Below, piece by piece: positions 1-12,536 of a stretch of DNA of 64,000 nt. Position numbers and translations under genes: made by a program. The notes beneath the pieces were generated by a model. The model searched no databases and was not told the origin of the DNA. It saw nothing but the letters and a program-made list of their open reading frames with translations. Each line of letters opens with the position of its first letter. Within the stretch, counting starts at the first letter, position 1. The DNA comes from Cirrosporium novae-zelandiae (taxonomy: Eukaryota). Where the stretch lies: positions 434,001 to 498,000 of the forward strand of contig JAPETS010000015.1 of assembly GCA_026023565.1 (NCBI GenBank), written 5' to 3'.

Positions 1-322
1 CCACCAACAACAACCCACATTGGCTGACTCCCCATCTAGCTAGGATCCAAACAAACGATATATCATACAAACCTTCTATCCACCTTCATCCATCACACAT
101 CATTAAGAAGGACATCCGATCATGAATAGAGAGTCGCATCTAACCTTTCCAAGCGCAATTATACACTAGTTATCTCCAGGGTATGGGGGAGATAGTCATC
201 GAACATCTTCCAGGGTATTTATCGATATGTAGAGAACCGCCAGTCAATCAAAAGATTGCCCGCTTTGAATGCTTCGTCGCCCATCGTCGCTCCCAGTACC
301 TCGACAACAGCGTCTATTTCCT

Positions 323-1629
323 TTATATGTGGTTGTTGAAATAGGGGATCAAAGTCTGCGCGACCCAGAAACTGAACGTAAGTTTCGGTCCAGTCATCAG
401 CAGCTTTGGCGTCAAGCCTTTGAAGAAACTGCTGACACCTTCGTTCTTTAGCATTTTTCGCACAATCTTGAATCCCGATTCAGGGTTTTCGAAGTTTCTG
501 TTTTGGATTCTAGTCTTGATAACATCCAGTGGGGCAGAAACGACCAAGGATGCGAAAGATCCGCAGAGAGAAGTGATACCATTCTGAGCGAATGTCGCTT
601 TGTTGTAGTCTTCCAATCTAAAAATATATTCCTTGGCAAACGCATTACCACCGAAAAGCTATAATCAATTTATCAGAAATCGCATCTGTAGCATATATAG
701 GGATTATTAGCTAGTAGCTTACAGCGAATGACCCTGGCGCATTCCGTGCTGCAGTCCAACCAGCTCCACGGTATAGTCCCATCCCTTCATCTTTAATAAT
801 CCTAAATAGACCACGACCGCGGAAGGCCTCGGGGTTGGTTTGACGCTTTATTTTTAACACATCTAAAGGAAGGAGGATGATCTCCCCAATACCAACAATA
901 CTTAATTTAGTTAGCGTCTTTTGGCAAAGAATCATTTCAGTCGTATAGAATGTCAACTCACCTTCCGGCTGTCGCGTGCATCATAGCTTTTCCTGTGCCT
1001 TTTCCAAATGCTCTATCAAAGGAATCACCGTAATTCCTTGCGAGATATTCCCGAGCGAATGGTTGACCACCATACTTATATGTTCTTTGTAAGATCTAAT
1101 ATTATGTTAATAACATCTCTAGATCACATAAGATGTTAAGTTCTAGACCTTGTAGCCCGCTGCATATCCAAGTCCAGGAAATAGAGATGTGAACTTTTGA
1201 ACCACTGATGCCGATGAATATTCTTTGAAAATGACAGAGTTGAGATGGGAAGTGGAGGTGAGCTATATCACCATCAGTATGCCTTTGATGTAGCTAGTAA
1301 GAGCGCAAGACTCCGAACCTTTGTCTGGTTGCTCATTAATCGTTTCGCAATTGTGTCAACCTAGAAAATAGGTGTTAGTCAAGCGTTAAACAATTTCTTG
1401 GAGTAAATGCATATACTCACAGGATGGAAGATTATCAATTCGGAAATACCAGCAGTTGCTTCTTAAGGTCAGTGCCCATTACATGTTAAAGACTCCAATT
1501 AGAAATACCTGAGCCCAGTACTCGAGCAGCGCCTGATTCTTTTTTGTAGTCCTTTGCTGCCGCATGAGTAGTGGTCCCTTTCATGGTTCCCACTATAGCC
1601 GAGGGCACTATAGGAGCGTTCTTATCCAT
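323..1629 (-). CDS. GGC1: Mitochondrial GTP/GDP carrier (SLC25 family), multi-exon
   Basis: Spliced segments read KKESGAARVLGS, ELIIFHPVDTIAKRLMSN, GIGEIILLPLDVLKIKRQTNPEAFRGRG and PLDVIKTRIQNRNF...KGLTPKLLMTGPKL. These give three PX[D/E]XX[K/R]X[K/R] carrier signatures. Start ATG (MDKNAP) is inferred. Confidence 0.93.
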
Positions 1630-2686
1630 TGAAAGAGAGATATCTTTTGAAGGGTGGAGAGAGATTAGGGTTAAAATCCCAAGTCCAGACCTACCGAGAG
1701 AGTAAAGAATGAAATATACAAAAAGATTAAGAAGAGATATGGTCAACCTATTGTCAGGGAATATCTATTCTATGAGTGTGACAGCTCCTCCGAATTTTCG
1801 TCGGCGCTCGGGGGCCAAAATCTAATCACTAAACTATGTTGAGACTTAATTAAGGAAGCTGGGGTTGATCCGATGCCGGTTCGGGTTCGATTCCTGATTC
1901 AACCATTCAACCCTAATAATTCATACCTGCCTATTACTGTGCAAGTCTACTTTCTACGACACTATTATAAATTTATATAATGATAGTCTATTAATTCTAC
2001 AAAGAGTTAGTGATGATAGTTATAAAAGAAATGCTTCCTGCTTAACTCTTGAAAGACTTACTTCAAATGAGATCATAGTTTAAGGGAAAGAAAATCACCC
2101 TCTTGGCGGCTTGAAGTATGTTTAATCAATATAATAAATCCAGGTTTCAGTATTATTATTTACTGTGCAGAGAGTGGACAGGAAATACCTATTATAGATA
2201 GTCTACCACAGTAGACTAAGTGGCAATTTTGATATTTTGATATTCCTAGGTATTGTGTTTTGTGGGCAGGTCGGGGGATGCACGCACCGGCCTCGGTTTG
2301 TGCAGAAGTTAATTTAAAGCCTGATAATGACATGACGTCTCTTGTGCAGGAGCTACACCTCTTAACCAGAGGTGGCTCGCTCCCCATTGCCAGATAATTA
2401 TCACCACTCTCCCCTCACATTTCCAAGAATTCCAACGGTGGTGTGAAGATCAGTTGCCGCCGATCATCCATGTCAATTTGCAAGGCTCGATATCTACCGA
2501 AGCCCACTTTGGAGCTAGCAATATTTTATCCTCTCTTATATCTCCCCCCTCCTAACTCTACGCAAACGCATCACAATCAACCACGTAGGACGTCTACCAA
2601 TAAACTTTGATATATTCCCCACAATTGCCATAATTTTATTTCCGAAACCAGATCTACCCTTCTTTCTACAAGAATCATTCTCAATC

Positions 2687-5106
2687 ATGGCTCTTAATGA
2701 AGCTTCGGACAATTCAGTTTTAAGAGATCCAGCCAGCAGCAAGGTCACCCCTGATGGCACAGGTAAACTAGTGTCATCCATGATACATATTATATTTGTC
2801 TGATGTATCTAGGTATTGTTGAGCTTGACCCATGGCTTTCTCCATTCAAGGATGGTCTACGAAGTCGATATGCCAAGGCACAGCAATGGATCAAGACTCT
2901 CGATGAAACCGAAGGTGGATTAGAGAAGTTTAGTCGAGTAACAACCAGCCGAACCACCTATCATCCGATGGACCATTGACAATTTCATAGGGATTTGAAA
3001 AGTTTGGTTTTAATATCCTGCCGAATAATGATATCACTTATCGAGAATGGGCACCAAATGCTATACAAGCGAATCTCATTGGAGATTTCAGTATTTTACC
3101 TTGCCTTTACATGGATGAGGGATAATTATTGACCTAGCTCTAGATGGATGGAACCGAGACGCTACTTCGATGACGAAGGATAATTTTGGTGTATGGGAAG
3201 TGAATATACCAGCCCAAAACAGACAACCCGCGATCGCACACGACTCGAAGATCAAGGTATTTCATCTCGCCTACCTTTTATACTTATTGAACCAGTTTGA
3301 CTTCGGTTAGATCTCGATGGTCATCCCAGGTGGTGAACGCATTGAACGGATACCCACGTGGATAACAAGAGTTACTCAAGACTTATCTATCTCACCTGTA
3401 TATGAAGGAAGATTTTGGAATCCTCCGCACAAATATGTCTTCAAAAACCAACGACCTCCAAAACCAGCTAGTGTACGCATATATGAAGCTCATGTTGGGA
3501 TCTCTTCTCCCGAGTTAAAGGTTGCTACGTACAAGGAGTTTACTCAGAACATGTTACCGCGAATACATTCTCTTGGTTATAATGTGATTCAGCTAATGGC
3601 TATTATGGAACATGCATACTATGCTAGTTTTGGATATCAAGTCAACAGCTTCTTTGCTGCAAGCAGTCGTTATGGGACACCTGACGACCTGAAAGAGTTG
3701 ATTGACACCGCTCACGGGATGGGCATAACCATTCTCCTGGACATTGTTCATAGCCATGCTTCCAAGAACACCCTTGATGGTCTGAACATGTTTGATGGAT
3801 CTGACCATCTCTATTTCCATGGAGGCGCTAAAGGGCGACACGAACTATGGGATAGCAGGCTGTTCAACTATGGCAATCATGAGGTTCTCCGATTCTTACT
3901 TAGTAATCTTCGTTTCTGGATGGATGAATACCAATTTGATGGGTTTAGGTTCGATGGTGTTACTAGCATGCTATACACTCATCACGGAATTGGTACCGGC
4001 TTCTCTGGTGGCTACCATGAGTATTTCGGGCCGGCAGTTGACGAGGAAGGTGTAGTATACCTCATGCTTGCAAACGAGTTGCTACACACCCTCTATCCAG
4101 ACTCCATTACAATTGCAGAAGATGTCTCCGGTATGCCTGGTCTCTGTGTTGTTCTTTCACTTGGTGGGGTTGGCTTTGATTACCGTCTTGCTATGGCTAT
4201 TCCCGATATGTACATCAAATGGCTAAAGGAAAAGACCGATGATCAGTGGGATATGGGAAATCTAACGTTTACACTAACAAATCGTCGACATGGCGAGAAG
4301 ACAATAGCATATGCGGAGAGCCATGATCAAGCGTACGAGTATCCCAATTATTTTATTGATGTATTCGAACTAATTGATAACCAGCCTCGTCGGCGACAAA
4401 TCTCTCCTCTTTTGGCTGTGCGACAAAGAACTCTATACCAACATGTCTATTCTTACGGAACTCACTCCGGTTATCGAGCGTGGTCTGTCTCTCCATAAAA
4501 TGATCCGCCTTATAACACACAGTCTTGGTGGAGAAGGTTATCTTAATTTCGAGGGTAATGAGTTTGGCCACCCCGAATGGCTTGATTTTCCGCGCGAAGG
4601 AAACAGCAATAGTTTCTGGTATGCAAGACGACAATTCAATCTCGTTGATGATAAGCTTTTGAGGTATCATTTCCTCAATGACTTTGATAAGGCGATGCAG
4701 TGGACGGAGGAGAAGTATGGGTGGTTACATGCACCCCAAGCATACGTATCGCTAAAAAACGAAGTGGACAAAGTCGTCGTCTTCGAACGTGCGGGATTAC
4801 TATGGATTTTTAACTTCCATCCAAGCAAGAGCTTCGCAGATTATCGGATAGGTGTTGAGCAAGCTGGCACATATAGAATCGTGCTGGATACGGATGACAT
4901 TGAGTTTGGAGGGTTCGGAAGAAATGCGAAGGAGACCAGGTTCTTCACAACCGATTTTGCATGGAATGGGAGGAAAAACCATACACATGTATATGTTCCG
5001 ACTAGGACTGCCATTGTAAGTTTTCCTACTTTAATGGGGATGTGAGGTTACTAAAATGTTCTTACAGGTGCTAGCGTTAGAATCAACTATTGATGGAAAG
5101 GCATGA
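2687..5106 (+). CDS. GLC3: 1,4-alpha-glucan (glycogen) branching enzyme, GH13
   Basis: Seven exons joined at GT..AG introns in frame. Motifs include [50 protein letters not shown] and [17 protein letters not shown]. Confidence 0.97.
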
Positions 5107-6705
5107 ACGAGCAGCAGCATGAACAACGACTTGCTTATTTCCTATGCAACGCATTGGGTTCGATTTATGCTTGCATTTGGGTGTTTCAATAGAATGAGCT
5201 TTGTCCTTGTAATATTAACTCGCCTAGCCTAGCTATTTTACATCCTATTCTTATTCCTTTATCATCTCGTTCAGTCTCTAGTTATGCCAACAGGCAGATT
5301 GGATATCCCCCAAATTTTTTATAGATATTTTATTCCTTTCGTATTTATGCAAGCAAAATCTCTAGGCATAAAAAGAGAGTTGGCGTCATGTCTTGTTTAC
5401 AAACTCGAATTCAGCAATCATATAAAATCTCTATTCAGTTAACAACTTCTATGTACAGCCAATTGATCCTCTAGGTAATCTCAAGCTACGGCTTGCTTGC
5501 TATAAAATTGCAGTATTCTCTTCTATCGATGCAGCTGTTCAGAACAGAAAATAATGGTTCCACCAAAGTGAACTGCTAGAAACTGGTGCCCCTTATCTTA
5601 TCCTTCTCGCTATTATTATCACTCCCCTTTTTCTTTCCATGCCTGCCAGACCTACTGCTATCAGTAGGTCTATAATCAGGATCACTACAGCTTAGTTCAT
5701 TAAAATTTTAGCCATTCGTGATGTTGCATGTCCTTTAAAGCTGCAGCAACCTCCTTCTCCATTCATAATACCACCGTATTGTTGCAGTAGAATTGAGTTC
5801 AAATGCGGGACTCCCAGCTGATATTATCAACATAGTGATTACTATCGGGGGGACATGTTTTTGCTAACTGCATTCCCGAAGCACAGGTGATTAAAAGACT
5901 CCTCCTCTGATACGCTGAGGGCATAAATTCCTATTCTTTCCTTCCTGCCACGCTTGTTATTTCACCCTCCCATTTCTTCATCAAAATTTCCCTATAACTC
6001 CGTCAAAGCCTAACTGAGGATGCCCATCGGCTTGCAACATCTTTCTTTTCAAATCATCTCTTCGCTACTCACGTTCTCATCGTCACGTTTTCCTCCTCTC
6101 GGGCCTCCGAGCCCAGCTAGCCGAATCTCTAGCCAAGTCGGTTACTTACGCCCTGATGCCTATTATAGAACCCATAGAATGCGTTACACCAAAATTAATA
6201 GTCTCGGAAATTGAGTAGCATGTGGCGTACAAAGTCTCTTTTATTTCCCTAAGCTCTATTATTGGGTAATCTATTACTATAAGGAAAGATGCTAGGAAGA
6301 GGGAGGTTGTTGTTCTGAGTTGATAGGGATTGAGCACATGTCAACGTGTTTATCGGTCAGTAAGAATGTCATTAATAGATAATATATAGGGGAGCATTGG
6401 ATGGACAGAAGGGTGACTTTTCTATGGCTATGAAAATCCATGATTACGAAAGCGAGAAAAAGAAAAGGAAGAAAGTCCAAATTAAATAAAAAAAATTACC
6501 TTAGGCATACAATGACTCCCCTTCAGCTTACTGTATAACGTAGATTAGGGAATTTGTTTTACCTTCATGTTGCCTAGTTATTCATAGTAGCAACTGCATC
6601 ATACAATATAGTGCCTGAGGCACCAACCCCACTATCAACATTTATCTACCAAGTATACTAATAATAAGCTTGTGCTTCTCCCAAGATTTCTGTATAACAA
6701 CCAAA

Positions 6706-7252
6706 ATGTCTATTCCAAACGAAGCTTTACAAAAGGTAACCCCCCCTGCCCCTTTGTCTTCTTGAAAAGACCCTAGAGAACGCAAAGCTAACAATTATTC
6801 AAGCTCGTCCAAGAAATCGAATCCCGAGCCATCTTCGCCCAGCAGCAAGTCAATATCGTCAAATCCCAAATCGCAGGCAAGGAACGCGATGCTCGGATGC
6901 AGCAACTCACCCTGAAGGAAATAAATGACCTTCCTCCTGAAACTAAGGTTTACGAGGGCGTTGGTAGAATGTGAGCATTCCAACTTTCAACACAGCTTTT
7001 GGAAGTCCTACAAATATTTTTACAAATGCCTATTTTTTGAAACTTCTATACGGTTTTACTTTATGCTAATGCATTTCCCCCAGGTTCGTCTGTAATTCTA
7101 CGAGCGAGATTGGGAAACGGCTTATCACGGAGACGGAGAGTCTGAAATCGGATATTGAGAGCTTGAATAAGAAATTAGTCTACCTGGAAACAACGCACAA
7201 AAACAGTAAAGAGCACATTGACCAGATATTCAAATCAAAAGGAAGGGCGTAA
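6706..7252 (+). CDS. PFD1: Prefoldin subunit 1 (3 exons; absent from the ORF track)
   Basis: Manual splice gives MSIPNEALQK|LVQEIESRAIFAQQQVNIVK...KVYEGVGRM|F...LVYLETTHKNSKEHIDQIFK, including the beta-prefoldin VYEGVG[KR]MF hairpin motif. Confidence 0.9.
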
Positions 7253-8462
7253 TAAAGATATGAGATAAAAAGCAGAGAATGCATTTCTACCGGCGAGCTA
7301 CCCTAGCCTGATGAAACTATGCCGGAATGATGGTCACTTCTCCTGCATGCCTTCGGTGATTATCATATTTACTGAATTTACGCTGACCATGGATTTCTTC
7401 TAAGTGGAATATGTTGTTACTATGACTACTTAATGTTCAAGGATGGAGGAGGAGTGGGATGCGGCTAGACTACAGTGCATTAGGGCAATCGTCTCCCTTA
7501 CATGACAAAAGTCTGCATATGACATGGAAATTTGTAGTAGGAAGAGCTCGGATGTTTTATCCTCTTTCCTGTCATATATTTATTGATCACGAGGTGGAAA
7601 TTGTCAATAATAGTAGCAGGATAAACCCAGTTGTCAACACCTGAGGAAAGCTTGCCTGTATTTAATAACTACATGGCTGATTTGGCGCCGACGTTTAACG
7701 CTGTGTACCAGACTAGGGATCATCTCAAACACATACAGTCTACTGTTTAGCACTTGTCCAAAAGAAGACGGAGATATGGAAGTTTCAAAGGTGGATACCA
7801 TGTTTGTAAGATGGCCAAAACTACAACAAGCGCGCGAGAGCTGAAGCGGCGGCAATGCAACAAAAGCCAGCAAAGGAAAATTCAAGTTAGTTGATGTATC
7901 ATAAATCCATAACGCAATAGATTTAGGACTAAAGATATGGTGCTATTGGGCCCTATTATGTCTTGAACATGGAATTCTAGGAAGGGCTACTTTAGTTCAC
8001 GAAAGACACTTTGGGCGCAATAAGCAACTGACAGAGAAAGAGATTTGCGCTGTGTAGGATGAAGGATTCACACCATTCTGCATAGGCACCATAGTGCCCC
8101 TAGAGTATTACATCGAGACTCCTAAGTATGCATAGCTGAAGACCCTAGGATAAGCCACCAATAGGTATGGTTGGCAGCCAAAACCGCCCCCAATACTCAG
8201 CTGCCCCGCTTCATCCTCTGCCTGATATCTTCTTGCCTTTTCCCTAATCTTCCGCTTTTCTTTCTTTCTTTTCTATTTTTCTAAAATGATTAATGTTTGA
8301 TTTTCCGACCCCTTTAGATTGATTCCAAACTTGAGAAACAAAACCTCGATATTTTCTTTATTTGGAAGGTTGAAATCCTCCCTTACTCTCTCTGCCCGTT
8401 TCCTTATCGCCAAGCTTTTCTCACCTTCCTCTTTTTAGCCAACCACATCGGCTCTCTAAGCC

Positions 8463-10062
8463 ATGGGTGACCGTGACCGCTGGGGCGATGAATGGGATGC
8501 TCCTCGGATCGGCACTCCTCGGGTCCGCTACGAACACGTTCGAGCCCGTAGCCGCGGCCGAACGATAGGTGACCGCGATGAAAGTATCTCCTACAAGCGC
8601 AATAGTTATTACCACCCCGATAATGGGCTGCTTTCTCCAGTGGGGCACAGCAGCGCCAGCAGTGGTGGGTTGCATCGTGCAGCCAGCGTGGGCTCGAAAC
8701 CCGCGACCCATATTATAATCAATAATGCGAATTACGATGAGCGAAGTCCAAGTCGTAGTCGGGCGAGCTCCCAGTCCACTGAAGCCTCGTATCGATATGA
8801 AGAACCTCGGTCAAGGAGCCATTCACGAATACGACCACATGAGTCTAGGTCAAGGTCCAAATACCAAACTGAAGATGATGAGTTGGACTATCGGTTAGAG
8901 AAATTAGAAATGAAAGATCGCGATGAGGAAGCTAAAGAACGAACCCTAGAGCTTGTAAGAAGGGAGCAGGATCGACTGAGAAAGGAAGAAGAACAACAGC
9001 GACGGGAAAGGGAAAGGGAGAATGAAATGAAGAAACTCTGGGAGAGGGAAGGCGAGAATAAGGAGAAGAGGAAATCCAACTCCAACTCCAAGGGTAAAGA
9101 GTCAGAATTAGATTATGAGGCCCGCATCGCAATCGAAGAATACCGCAAGCAAAAGAAGAGGGAAGAGGAAATGGCTATCAGGCAGAAAGTCATGCAAGAA
9201 CAACGCATGCTAGAGAACCAGAAAAAACTCCAGGAATTAGAGGAGGAGAGAGAACGTGAAGAAGAGGAAAAACGTGTGGTGGAGGAATACAACCGGCGCC
9301 AGATCGAGAAGGCCGAAAAGGAGCGTGCGGCTCGCGAAAAGGCTGACAGGGAATATCAAGAGCGCAGGCTCCGAGAACAGCGAGAAGAGGCAGAGAAGCG
9401 GGAAAAGGAGCGCCTGAAGAAGGAGAAGGAGGATGCAGAGTTCAAGGAGCGTGTGATTCGTGAATTCTCAGCCGCAGGCTATTCGCAAGCCTCGATCGAA
9501 GCTATCCTGGAAAGGACAAAGAATAAAGATCGTTTACTGTTTGATGCGGACGAGAGAGATGAAGGTGGCTATGCTGGCGGTCATGCTGGCGGTCATGCTG
9601 GCGGTCATGCTGGCGGTCATGCTGGCGGTCATGCTGGCGGTTATACTGGCGATCAAGCTACTAGCCAGAGTAATTGGATCAAAGTTAAGAGGAAGTACTT
9701 GTGGCCGGAGACTTTGGCCACTTATAATCTACCTTGGGGATATGACGAGGTAAGTTGTCACTGAGGTCAATCAGTTTCACGTACCTCTCAATTCATATAA
9801 GCAAGGAACTTGTACTAACTCCCGACAGGACTCAGAGTATATAATTATCAAAGAATTTATTAGCAAAGAACGGATGGATATGCTCTTCGCACACACCAAA
9901 TCGCTAAAGAAGGAACATAGTTCAAAGGAACGCGAGACCACAAGACTCACCATCAAGGAGAAGGGTGAAAAGAGTAAAGATAAAGAGTACGACAAGCTAT
10001 TCCTAGTAAGGAAAAAGAAGGAGAGAGGGAGAAGCCCTATGGCTACTTGGATGTTTACTTAA
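8463..10062 (+). CDS. Hypothetical RS-rich/coiled-coil protein with a fungal C-terminal domain (WIKVKRKYLWPETLATYNLPWGYD..EYIIIK)
   Basis: 433-aa ORF, then an intron (GTAAGT ~9750 to CAG ~9828, branch CTAAC) leading to a final exon ending GRSPMATWMFT*. Confidence 0.75.
9564..9650 (+). repeat. Coding 12-bp tandem repeat (GGCGGTCATGCT)x5 with degenerate flanking units, encoding (GGHA)n
   Basis: Read directly from sequence; translates as GGYA-GGHA x5-GGYT. Confidence 0.95.
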
Positions 10063-10986
10063 GACGACTGTATTTCCCAGATGTTGTTTTGAAAGCCACG
10101 TAGGCTTTTACCTTGGACTGGTGTTGGGTTGGAGAGAGAGAGAATGCTACGCATTTGTCCCTTATGCCGTATACCTAAAATATATCTACACTGAAATATC
10201 TACCATTTTTTCTTTTACACTATCGTCATTTCCTCTCAGAAGCTTTTACGAACTATCCAGTTCGATTTGACGATACACCAGACTTTGACTATTCTCTTCC
10301 CCCTTCCCCTCCCCTCTTCGGCGCACCCAGAGGACCAACAACAACGATTTCAATAATGGTACTGCAATGGCGTTGGCGCTATTAGGGATTCTATTATATC
10401 TATTTATTTTTTTTTCTCTCTCTCCTCCCTCCTTCTCTTACGTTATCCCGTAAAGGGCGCTATAAAACACTCTTTACTTGCCGGTTATATACTCAAGTGC
10501 AAATGAATATATTGCTAGAAAGATTTTTGCTCTCTCTCTATATATATGGCATACTTCTTGTAATGGAGGAAAACCCCTAATTAGATATTAAGGGATAGGT
10601 AGCCCTGCTTAGTGAAGTAATGAGTATTCATTTCAAAGTTCTCTTCGGGGTTTAAGGGGAAGAACATCAACCAGCGGCATGGATTACTTTACGTTGATAC
10701 TCTTATACTATACGGCGGGCAGTTTCGTTGACCGGTTTATGGTTTTTTTTCCTTTTTTTCTCTTTCTAATAGGAACTTTTGAAAAAAGTTTTCATTTTCT
10801 TAAAACACCAGACTGCATAATTTAACCCCTTCAAAAACATGTCACGCTCCTTCCCTTCCTGCTTCCATCACTCGCCGACTCATCTACCTTTATATCACGA
10901 AATTTTAGTGATAGGCCCTTTGTACTCCTTATCAGGGGCTAGGAAATCATGCGCGTAGCACTAGGACATGCAGGTAGTCGGCGCGT

Positions 10987-11376
10987 TTAGGTATCAGTCT
11001 CTTTTTTTCCGTAGCATTTATCAAAGCAAGCTATCATGTCGTCCGCGTCCCAGCAATTCCAACCACAGGCTTCGTACCACCCGGTGCCGTCGTAGGCTAT
11101 GTTATCGTTATATTTGGAGCACTTCTTGAAACATTCATCTCCGTTTGATATGGAAGTACATTCGCAATAATTCAGAATGTCATTTTGACGACGGTTAAGA
11201 GTATGGTATTTTTGCTGCTGAGCTTCATGAGGTTTGTCCTGATGCCTTGCAATCACCTCCACCATCTCGCCATCGTTAACTTGAGGATATTTAGCTACCT
11301 CTACTATCGGTAGCAGCAGGCTGGCGAGACATCCATCGACGAGAAAGAAAATGTAAATAAGAGAGGAGTAGTGCAT
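10987..11376 (-). CDS. Small secreted cysteine-rich preproprotein (129 aa)
   Basis: Intronless ORF with a hydrophobic N-terminus (MHYSSLIYIFFLVDGCLA), a propeptide ending NRR, then 66 aa containing 8 Cys. Confidence 0.75.
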   Translation of the reverse strand: MHYSSLIYIFFLVDGCLASLLLPIVEVAKYPQVNDGEMVEVIARHQDKPHEAQQQKYHTLNRRQNDILNYCECTSISNGDECFKKCSKYNDNIAYDGTGWYEACGWNCWDADDMIACFDKCYGKKETDT

Positions 11377-12536
11377 TGTGAAGGGGTAGATATTGTTGTT
11401 TGAGAAGAAATTGAGAGAGACGATCGACGCAGAGAATAAGGAGAAGGAGAAAAAGGGTGGGTTTGGTGCATATTAATAGGAAAAATAGATACTCATTTTG
11501 TCATGAAATAGGCTTATGAATCCTAGACTTTTTCTCTACAAGTTTCCTTTGTATAGGGGAGGGGAAAGGTAATAACACCTAATATAAACATATATCCCCT
11601 TCAGCTAATCAAAGCTATCCTTTTCCTATCATATGTATTTCAAGATGAAACATCGGGAGGGAAAACTAGTTCGCTCGGAGAGTAACAATGATTCAAGTAT
11701 TCTTTGCATTAGGCAGATGTTTTCCTATATAAATGTTAAAGGTATGTCAAGCCTACGTCTTCGTGGTTACAAGACGCTAGCTTAGCGCGGGGCAATCAGT
11801 AGGCACTCTTAAGCTATCATCATTATATGCATCTCGAGTGCGAATTATTATTCTATCTAGCTTATTGTATAGTAATCAAAGATTTAACTTTTTTAAAAAA
11901 TATATATTTAAATCGGGTCGTGCACTTCTCGGGTTCTCCAGCGCAATTAATTAATGACTTACCTACCTAGTATGGCGTCAGGCGAAATCTTCCCAAGCGT
12001 GAACTCAGATTTAAATTCGGTCTAACAATATTAAGTACTCACCATACCAAATATTGCCTAATGGTTACTTGAAGTAGTTAAATTCCGTGTGGAGCATCCC
12101 ACCGTACTTGGGAATATTTCGCCTGATACCATAGTCTGTATCCCTTGATATGGAAGACAAGAAGGTGTTCAAGATCGAGACCCCCAATAGGCCACGGGTA
12201 TTCGGGTTTGAAAGCCACCAGTGTCTCTCGGCAAGATCGGATAAACCAACAAGGAATGTGATTATCAAGAGTACTTAGGTACCTTAGTTTTGTCAAAGAA
12301 GGTCAAGGGCCTAGGAGCTTGTTCTTCTAGGCCTCCCCCCGTGGGCTTCGTGGGCTTCTAGCTACCAACTACGTCAATCGACCTTTTACCACAGGAGAAG
12401 ATCTCGCAATGGAACCCATAGAACAGCTTTCTACTTCTCCAATCCTTACTTTCTTCATGTTTTTCCCTTCTTCTGTAAAGTTAACTTAGTTAAGGGTCTT
12501 CTCGCTCTTCTAAGAGCCTCTTATTTACCTTGTAGA

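Noticed and set aside
7459..7890. Short ORFs on both strands between PFD1 and the coiled-coil gene
   Set aside because: No recognisable motif or splice structure in the frames I read.
12065..12296. Two overlapping minus-strand ORFs (67 and 72 aa) upstream of the ceramidase
   Set aside because: Non-ATG starts and no family recognisable. A relic cannot be excluded without a search.
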